From Bacteroidales bacterium (lineage in GTDB: Bacteria; Bacteroidota; Bacteroidia; Bacteroidales; Bacteroidaceae): a stretch of DNA of 64,000 bases. The position numbers were made by a program, and so were the translations under genes. Every line of letters begins with the position of its first letter. Position 1 is the first letter of the stretch. This document shows, in pieces, positions 58,901 to 64,000 of this stretch. A model generated the notes under the pieces. It did not search any database. It was not told the origin of the DNA and was given only the letters and a program-made list of their open reading frames with translations. The stretch is from positions 4,674 to 68,673 of the forward strand of contig SUXQ01000008.1 in assembly GCA_015060905.1 (NCBI GenBank). The letters run 5' to 3'.

Positions 58901-59594
58901 ACCAAGGCTCAACGTGACCCTCTATTACAAACAAAGAGTTAGGCTCGGCAAGCTGGTCCAATGTAGAAATTTTTTCTACCTTGAGCTCTTGCTCGGGCAT
59001 GGGCCAATATGATGTGCCACCCTCTGTAAGACCTACGTATACAGGTTGGTTGTGAGGATATCCGTAACGTGTACTCCACTCAATTGAGAATGCCGAAACC
59101 TCATCTACAAACTCAAGTTCAACATAGTGATAATCGTCATCGATTGGACCATTATACCAATTTGTGTGGAAGTGGTTACCCGCTTGACGTATACCATCGT
59201 TGATAGATGTCAATCCACCACCATCAGTGGGATGCTCAGCATTTGAAAGTGCTGAATATTCGATTACATTACCATCTGCATCATACACTGTAAGCTCTGA
59301 TACAGAGAAGAAGGGGAAACCGGGACCATCTGTCATACGACCTCCATAACCGTCCGCATTGGTGGGTAACACCGTTGAAGACAATGTTTGAGCTACGGTA
59401 TAACGCAACGATGTGATTGGTTCGTCCAAGGTATAAACCGGAGTTTTGTAGATGTACACTCCGGTGTTACCGGGAACTTCTTGACCGGGCAATCCATCAG
59501 CTGATGTCAGCGTAATAGGAAAGTTTGTCGATTGAGCCATGCCTATTGTGGCAATAAGGGTCAAAAGACAGGTTAAAAGTAAATTTTTACGCAT
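55947..59594 (-). CDS. Large secreted modular protein of unknown function with a T9SS C-terminal sorting domain
   Basis: 1215 aa ORF with signal peptide MRKNLLLTCLLTLIATIGMAQ. The C-terminal ...YYTIDGVASQTPVQGVNVVKYVYSNGVVKTVKVLK is typical of type A T9SS CTDs. It contains internal duplicated modules. Confidence 0.8.
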   Translation of the reverse strand: MRKNLLLTCLLTLIATIGMAQSTNFPITLTSADGLPGQEVPGNTGVYIYKTPVYTLDEPITSLRYTVAQTLSSTVLPTNADGYGGRMTDGPGFPFFSVSELTVYDADGNVIEYSALSNAEHPTDGGGLTSINDGIRQAGNHFHTNWYNGPIDDDYHYVELEFVDEVSAFSIEWSTRYGYPHNQPVYVGLTEGGTSYWPMPEQELKVEKISTLDQLAEPNSLFVIEGHVEPWWDEARQRENVGGGFFEAPCLTTKEPSAFGVFTLIPVEGAENTYKVEYINTDHYIVKRGSYTGFIDWTMDIRKAMNIKFDSHADINGDFTLTANNGELLLMQDAIMRMGCFKNDAEEIAKFDRPYATNFSIYKADIKASTILYKLEDVIANVDSRIAELGSSLNSYDEDGFKTVLETALASAKTVAAKGTDVTVAEIFSSRNTLNTAFNNYYALTLNMWVDSIANIIDAMDEGLILTSSAPDWINNSYPAEYTETLIQALDEAEIAFESYETIADIDDAVSKIKGIIDTFWASKITNVKSLPFRIGREEDGLPGKESPYDGSVNIWESPTYYLTDMVDQLRFTVFQTLSGRQYNGKPFPGIIEFEIYDENGQKIELTEESFSSNSVSPRWGLGYAALCDGDYTVNSRFEGISDAADGDFDGSEYVYIDIELPREIGGFKFVLHGRGGTYCDGPIDFVFGYVGETVTPANVLFPDEYNAMRGAQVESIEEITDNGIYAIYGLLNCSPAVGGDPEDGGFFSAGKRWVGALQSPCAFSIRSTGDGDGTYYIQSLVDGSYWMSSTGSDGDYWEGGTTTYSLSKAAKVKIESNENDENLPYSFRIYEYNEDSYRNIEEVSTHCPYVIAQDWGGNYGWYPVDAFENNDKDGEGEWFIYKMSMDTPFSYWLGNMTKSLMSLGLVESNDPGAYKDLKGFPEACAKAQTTAEAKDEAASKAMINTLEAAFAEIENAETNPVVAGYYVIEADQPLYMKNQGVKKAIYAMDPHEGCVSDAAFCEELEVGWKNTPEDIMTADSVFVFQLIPATDDEQVTIWLEDSLITEEEAKFAYYIKSVKYDKYVSCTDPAIAFEGKEEAISWYGIHISLSDTPQPFMVLQRERTAFDLWVPGGGEYHEDQNGNLCLHAQGHGGGKGVEGHIVYWKRGDANSLWNLRFIGDSYTSIEAPVVEGEEVVSTTYYTIDGVASQTPVQGVNVVKYVYSNGVVKTVKVLK

Positions 59595-59770
59595 AATAAA
59601 TTAATTAAAATTAAAAATAAAATATTTTATGTACTTTTTTACAAAAACAATATTAATGTCAGCAACTATAATATTTTCATTAATTAACCTGCGGGCATTT
59701 TAATAACCTATAAATCAATGGCTAAACATAAAAGGCTGATAGGGTAAAATAAATAAAAATATAATTTTTG

Positions 59771-59778
59771 CAAAGATA
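59771..59778 (-). promoter_or_regulatory. Candidate -7 box TATCTTTG for the T9SS cargo gene
   Basis: The plus strand reads caaagata, 177 nt upstream of the ATG at 59594, which implies a long leader. Confidence 0.3.
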
Positions 59779-59951
59779 CTTTTTTTATATGATTATATAT
59801 ATTAAATCAGGTGAAATATTTTCGTGTTTGCTGAAAGTTTAACAATCTCTAACTGAGATTTCTTTACAAATACATTTTAAATGATAATCGAATATTTGGG
59901 TCAGCCTACAATTCTTTACGGAGAGCCTCTTTTACTTGCTGAAAATATCAC

Positions 59952-59992
59952 AAAAAAAATAGAGAATCACTGCTAAATTGCGATTCTCTATT
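59952..59992 (-). terminator. Intrinsic terminator of tRNA-Ser
   Basis: Minus strand reads aatagagaatc, a 13 nt loop, gattctctatt, then tttttttt. Confidence 0.8.
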
Positions 59993-59995
59993 CTG

Positions 59996-60080
59996 CGGAA
60001 AGGGAGGGATTCGAACCCCCGGTACCTCTCAGTACGTCGGTTTTCAAGACCGGTGCAATCGACCACTCTGCCACCTTTCC
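59996..60080 (-). tRNA. tRNA-Ser (anticodon UGA), class II with a long variable arm
   Basis: The reverse complement GGAAAGGTGGCAGAGTGGTCGATTGCACCGGTCTTGAAAACCGACGTACTGAGAGGTACCGGGGGTTCGAATCCCTCCCTTTCCG folds as a cloverleaf. It has a 7 bp acceptor stem, a CTTGAAA anticodon loop, a TTCGAAT T-loop and no encoded CCA. Confidence 0.9.
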
Positions 60081-60125
60081 AATATTTCAAAGCTATCATC
60101 AAGGATGCCCTTGATTTTGACGTTG

Positions 60126-60133
60126 CAAAGGTA
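60126..60133 (-). promoter_or_regulatory. Candidate -7 box TACCTTTG for tRNA-Ser
   Basis: The plus strand reads caaaggta, 46 nt upstream of the tRNA 5' end. Confidence 0.4.
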
Positions 60134-60279
60134 GGACTTTATTTTGAAACCTCCAAACAAAAATGAAACTTTTTTAAGAAAAATATCACAATCACACAAT
60201 ATAAATGATATTCGACGTAGGCTATATACAATATTTAGCACATATAATAATACAAAAAATTTGAACTTCTGGTATAGAT

Positions 60280-60321
60280 AAGTGGCTGTTCCTTCTTGTG
60301 TGCAGGCAGGAACAGCCACTT
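60280..60321 (-). terminator. 13 bp-stem hairpin downstream of the PiT gene
   Basis: aagtggctgttcc, a 16 nt loop, ggaacagccactt. No strong U-tract follows. Confidence 0.5.
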
Positions 60322-60344
60322 GATTTATAATTCATTCGGATTAT

Positions 60345-62624
60345 TTATGCCGAATATGGTGCAAACATTTTTATGCTTCCACGCAACAAATTACGCACTT
60401 CGCTGAGTAACTCATGCGATTCCTGTATTAGGTTAAGATAAACAAAATCCATCTTCAGACTACCGCTCTTCTTATGCAGTCTCATTGTCTGCTCCTTGCG
60501 CAAGGCAGCTAACTTATGTTTAAGTTCTTTTGCACGCAAAGAAACACTTTCCGAAGTTGAGTAATCGCCTGTACGTATCATTTGGGCAATATCACATAGC
60601 ACACTATAAATATCGCGACAATACGGCGAAAATTCTTGTATATAATCCTCTTCCAGCGGACTAAAACTATTATCAGTATGCTCTCTCATAGGTTCACCTA
60701 TGCGTGTGAGAGTGTTATACATTTGCAAGCAACTGTTTGTGCAAAGATGGTACCATGTACTGCGCTCAAGTGCTATAGCACTTGACACTCGCTGAAAACC
60801 TTGCGTTTCGCAACGACGCGTCTTTTTCACAATTTTTTTCTCGACTACAATCTTCAGCAAGGAATTTTTAAGCGGACGAACCTCTTCCTTGACAAAAGCC
60901 TCGAAAAGAGTTTTATAAGTTTCGGCCGAGAAGGATACAGCCGCATCCAATGTCTCGGAAGCATGTCCTTTCAAAGCCTCCCAGACAACAGCCTTATCAT
61001 CAGACTTAAAGATTATTTCCATCTTTTCATCCACTTTCACCTGCTGTTGTTTTTTATTGTAACGTATATGACTGTGAATAAGCAAATATATTACAAGAGC
61101 TATCATTATGAACATTGCAACAATACCGCCAAAATACATAATTGTTGCAACAATAGAGGCCAACAAAAATGCCGCACCCGCAGTTACAAACCATCCACCA
61201 ACAACCGAAACGACACCCGTAACGCGATATACTGCACTTTCGCGACTCCACGCACGGTCGGCGAGCGAAGAACCCATACCCACCATGAAAGCTACGTAAG
61301 TAGTAGAGAGAGGAAGTTTCATAGATGTACCCACCGCAATCAAAAGGCCGGCAAGCACCAAATTAACAGAGGCGCGAACAAGGTCAAAAGCAACAACCTC
61401 ACTGCGATCTTCGAGAGGGCGGAAACGACTGTTCACCCAATCTTTCACATTCTGAGGAACTTTGCGAGAAACGCTATCTATCATATTGGTAGTTGAACGG
61501 ACTATATTACGGGCAATAGAAGAAGTTCCGAACATTTCATTTTCTTCATTCTGCTGGCTGGTAAGGTCGATAGATGTCTGAAGCACTTTCTTTGCTTTTT
61601 TGCTTGTATAAAGAGCAAACACCATGATAGCACCTGCGCCTATAAGAAAAAAGACAGGAGTCTTTGCCGATTCGGCAAGAGAATTCATCACAAACGCACC
61701 GGCACCGGTGCCACCGGCATTTGTCGTAAAATCCATAAACGAAGAAAATCCCGCAAGCGTAACGCCTATAAAGTTCACAAGGTCGTTACCGGCAAAAGCC
61801 ATCGCCAACGAGAATGTTCCAATAAGGACAATTATTCTGAATACATTTACTTTAAACCAATGAAGCACTTGCATAAAAATGGTAAAAAACACAAAAGAAC
61901 CCAGAAGCAACAATGTTGTATTTTCATCTACCCACGCCTGAACTTCAGGAGTTACAAGAGTACTACCCTTAAGACCCTTTATAAGCATGAAATACATGAT
62001 GGAAGTTACCGCAACACCACCAAAAACACCTATCTTTTTACCAAGATTTTTGCGGAAGTGGAACGTAAACAGCAAACGTGAAATCCACTGCACAATAAGT
62101 CCAAACAAAAAGGCTATTGCCACAGAAAGGAATATTGAGATAATCATCGTCAGCGCCTTGTCCGAATTAAGCAGATTAGCCATAGTGGGAGCAGTTTCAT
62201 TAAAACCTTCCACTACAGGCAAAGTGCCGGAAGATATTTTTATAAGCGATACTATAAAAGAGGCACCCAATAGTTCGAACACCATAGAAACAGTGGTAGA
62301 TGTCGGAAGGCCGAGGCTGTTGAAAAGGTCAAGCAAAAATACGTCACTGATAACCACCGCAAGGAATATACACATCACCTCACTGAAATAAAAGAAGTTA
62401 GGGTTAAAAATTCCGTGACGAGCAATATCCATCATGCCACTGCTAAATGACGCTCCGATAAATACACCAAGCGCAGCCACCAGCAATATCCACTTTAATT
62501 TTGCAGCCTTGCTACCCACAGCCGCACTTAAAAAATTCACAGCATCGTTACTAACACCCACTGTCAAGTCTATTATGGCAAGCGTAAACAAGAAAATAAC
62601 GATAAATAAATAAGCGAGTTCCAT
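60345..62624 (-). CDS. PiT-family inorganic phosphate transporter fused to a C-terminal cytoplasmic helical (PhoU-like) domain
   Basis: 759 aa ORF with the GVSNDAVNFLSAAVGS and GNDLVNFIG PHO4 motifs and many TM segments, followed by a soluble tail of about 250 aa. Confidence 0.88.
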   Translation of the reverse strand: MELAYLFIVIFLFTLAIIDLTVGVSNDAVNFLSAAVGSKAAKLKWILLVAALGVFIGASFSSGMMDIARHGIFNPNFFYFSEVMCIFLAVVISDVFLLDLFNSLGLPTSTTVSMVFELLGASFIVSLIKISSGTLPVVEGFNETAPTMANLLNSDKALTMIISIFLSVAIAFLFGLIVQWISRLLFTFHFRKNLGKKIGVFGGVAVTSIMYFMLIKGLKGSTLVTPEVQAWVDENTTLLLLGSFVFFTIFMQVLHWFKVNVFRIIVLIGTFSLAMAFAGNDLVNFIGVTLAGFSSFMDFTTNAGGTGAGAFVMNSLAESAKTPVFFLIGAGAIMVFALYTSKKAKKVLQTSIDLTSQQNEENEMFGTSSIARNIVRSTTNMIDSVSRKVPQNVKDWVNSRFRPLEDRSEVVAFDLVRASVNLVLAGLLIAVGTSMKLPLSTTYVAFMVGMGSSLADRAWSRESAVYRVTGVVSVVGGWFVTAGAAFLLASIVATIMYFGGIVAMFIMIALVIYLLIHSHIRYNKKQQQVKVDEKMEIIFKSDDKAVVWEALKGHASETLDAAVSFSAETYKTLFEAFVKEEVRPLKNSLLKIVVEKKIVKKTRRCETQGFQRVSSAIALERSTWYHLCTNSCLQMYNTLTRIGEPMREHTDNSFSPLEEDYIQEFSPYCRDIYSVLCDIAQMIRTGDYSTSESVSLRAKELKHKLAALRKEQTMRLHKKSGSLKMDFVYLNLIQESHELLSEVRNLLRGSIKMFAPYSA

Positions 62625-62724
62625 AATCTATTTTGTGTTTTTCATTTACTTTTTTATATTTTCATTTTTTGTGACGGCGAAAAACATCAAATAGATTATT
62701 TTCGCCACTCGGAAACGAAAATAT

Positions 62725-63561
62725 CTACTCCAAAAAACTGCGCAACATAATTATTTCATCGCGCCAACGATTCTCGTCGGGAGTCTCAAGGATAACAGGC
62801 ATATTATCGAAACGTGCATCATTCATGAAACGCTTGAAAAACTCAACACCCAACGTACCGTCGCCTATGCTGTCGTGACGGTCCACACGCGAGGCGAGCA
62901 ACTTTTTGCTGTCGTTAAGATGCACCCCGCGCAAATAATCGAAACCTATCACTTTGTCAAATTCATTGAACACAGCATCATAATCATTCACAATATCGTA
63001 ACCGGCCGAATAAGTGTGACAAGTATCTATGCAGACGCCCACACGACTTTTATCCTGAACTTTATCTATAATGTAGCGTATATGCTCGAAACGATTGCCA
63101 ACATTGCTACCCTGTCCGGCTGTATTTTCAATGACAGCCGTAACGCCGGATGTACGTTCAAGAGCCATATTTATACTCTCGGAAATTCTGTCGAGACACT
63201 CTTCGAGAGATATTTTGTTAAGGTGGCTGCCGGGGTGGAAATTAAGCATCGTAAGCCCCAACTGCTCGCAACGTGTCATTTCATCGAAAAATGCCCCCCG
63301 CGACTTTTGCAGCCCTTCATCATCAGGGCTACCGAGGTTTATAAGATAGCTATCATGGGGAAGAATGTAACGTGAATCGAACCCTCCTTGCTCGCAACGC
63401 TTTTTAAATAAGGTAATATTCTTCTCGCTCAATGGCGCCGAAACCCACTGACGTTGATTTTTTGTAAAAAGAGCAAAAGCATTGGCACCTATTGCCAAAG
63501 CATTGGCAGGAGCATTCTCAACCCCCCCGCTCGATGAAACATGAGCTCCAATATATTTCAT
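62725..63561 (-). CDS. nfo: Deoxyribonuclease IV (endonuclease IV)
   Basis: I moved the start to [13 protein letters not shown]. Motifs are [15 protein letters not shown] and [10 protein letters not shown]. Confidence 0.92.
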   Translation of the reverse strand: MKYIGAHVSSSGGVENAPANALAIGANAFALFTKNQRQWVSAPLSEKNITLFKKRCEQGGFDSRYILPHDSYLINLGSPDDEGLQKSRGAFFDEMTRCEQLGLTMLNFHPGSHLNKISLEECLDRISESINMALERTSGVTAVIENTAGQGSNVGNRFEHIRYIIDKVQDKSRVGVCIDTCHTYSAGYDIVNDYDAVFNEFDKVIGFDYLRGVHLNDSKKLLASRVDRHDSIGDGTLGVEFFKRFMNDARFDNMPVILETPDENRWRDEIIMLRSFLE

Positions 63562-63723
63562 AAATCTGCTTACGGATATAATTGCAAGACATATTCCCGC
63601 AATATAATTCACGTTGCGAAGATAAAAAAAAAGTCAAAACCTACAAACGAATAGATAAACTTTCTTAATAAAAGTTTTCAACACGTTTATAGGTTTTATA
63701 ACTAATATTTTATAACTTCTTAA

Positions 63724-64000
63724 TTAAAAATTAAATTGCGCCGAGAGGTTTACACGATTGGCATTGTTTGTATCACTCTCAAAATCCGTGCGCCATCCAT
63801 GCAGATATTCTGCACCTATCTGTATGCTTGATGTCAAATTATAGCAAACGTTCGCAACCACATATTGACCACGTTTATAATTGTCGGGATTGGCACTGCC
63901 GTAACCCTGCTTAGAGTGCACCGAACATTGGCTGTATGTAGCCGAGGCAAACAAGCGGGATGTAAAATTATATTGTAACCCTGCGTACCAACCATCGGTA
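63724..64000 (-). CDS. C-terminal part of an outer-membrane beta-barrel/porin-like protein; 5' end lies beyond the window
   Basis: The frame stays open to the window edge and the track 'M' is a TTG. It has an alternating beta-strand pattern and a terminal ...NRVNLSAQFNF ending in an aromatic residue. Confidence 0.5.
   Translation of the reverse strand, partial: TDGWYAGLQYNFTSRLFASATYSQCSVHSKQGYGSANPDNYKRGQYVVANVCYNLTSSIQIGAEYLHGWRTDFESDTNNANRVNLSAQFNF

Noticed and set aside
55947-60080. Possible genomic island inserted at the 3' end of tRNA-Ser and carrying the T9SS cargo gene
   Set aside because: There is no integrase, no direct repeat of the tRNA 3' end near 55840-55946, and no obvious compositional break. 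The tRNA has its own terminator before the cargo gene's upstream region.
1-64000. CRISPR arrays, rRNA genes, transposases/integrases, toxin-antitoxin or known defence-system signatures
   Set aside because: There are no regularly spaced direct repeats and no 16S/23S-like sequence. No ORF has DDE, tyrosine-recombinase, serine-recombinase, nuclease-NTPase or other defence-type motifs.

Overview
This 64 kb window looks like chromosomal DNA from a Bacteroidales (Bacteroidota) genome. The evidence is lipoprotein-type signal peptides, TAnnTTTG -7 promoter boxes, a PPi-dependent phosphofructokinase, a type V (Mfa/FimA-like) pilus operon and a T9SS C-terminal sorting domain. Most of the window is densely packed housekeeping and glycan-degradation genes. 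Housekeeping genes are pfp, rluD, fhs, ddh, fabD, mtgA, dnaK, recA, recJ-recQ, nfo, an ABC-F ATPase, Hsp20, a tricorn-like S41 protease and a PiT phosphate transporter. Scattered glycoside hydrolases are GH36, a GH33 sialidase, GH97, GH43, a GH106-like enzyme, GH13 and a GH25 muramidase. There is one tRNA-Ser(UGA). I see no rRNA, CRISPR array, transposase, integrase or recognisable defence system. The accessory-looking parts are three. (i) 1-10.4 kb holds a six-gene type V pilus operon whose two distal genes encode large adhesin-like lipoproteins with lectin-like modules, followed by the first gene of a second such locus. (ii) 10.5-13.5 kb encodes a 975-991 aa secreted amidase-fold protein interrupted by a golvesin-like insert. 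(iii) 55.9-59.6 kb encodes a 1215 aa T9SS cargo of unknown function built from duplicated modules. Smaller oddities are a 20 bp inverted-repeat pair bracketing 157 bp at a gene 3' end (candidate inverton or MITE), several very long perfect palindromes between genes, and a near-identical 20 nt palindromic motif at two unrelated promoters. There is also a palindrome overlapping the promoter of a membrane-protein/XRE pair, and a Cys cluster in Hsp20. I could not identify a clear-cut novel multi-gene system. The pilus/adhesin locus and the T9SS cargo are my best candidates. All family assignments come from reading the translations and need HMM or structure confirmation.
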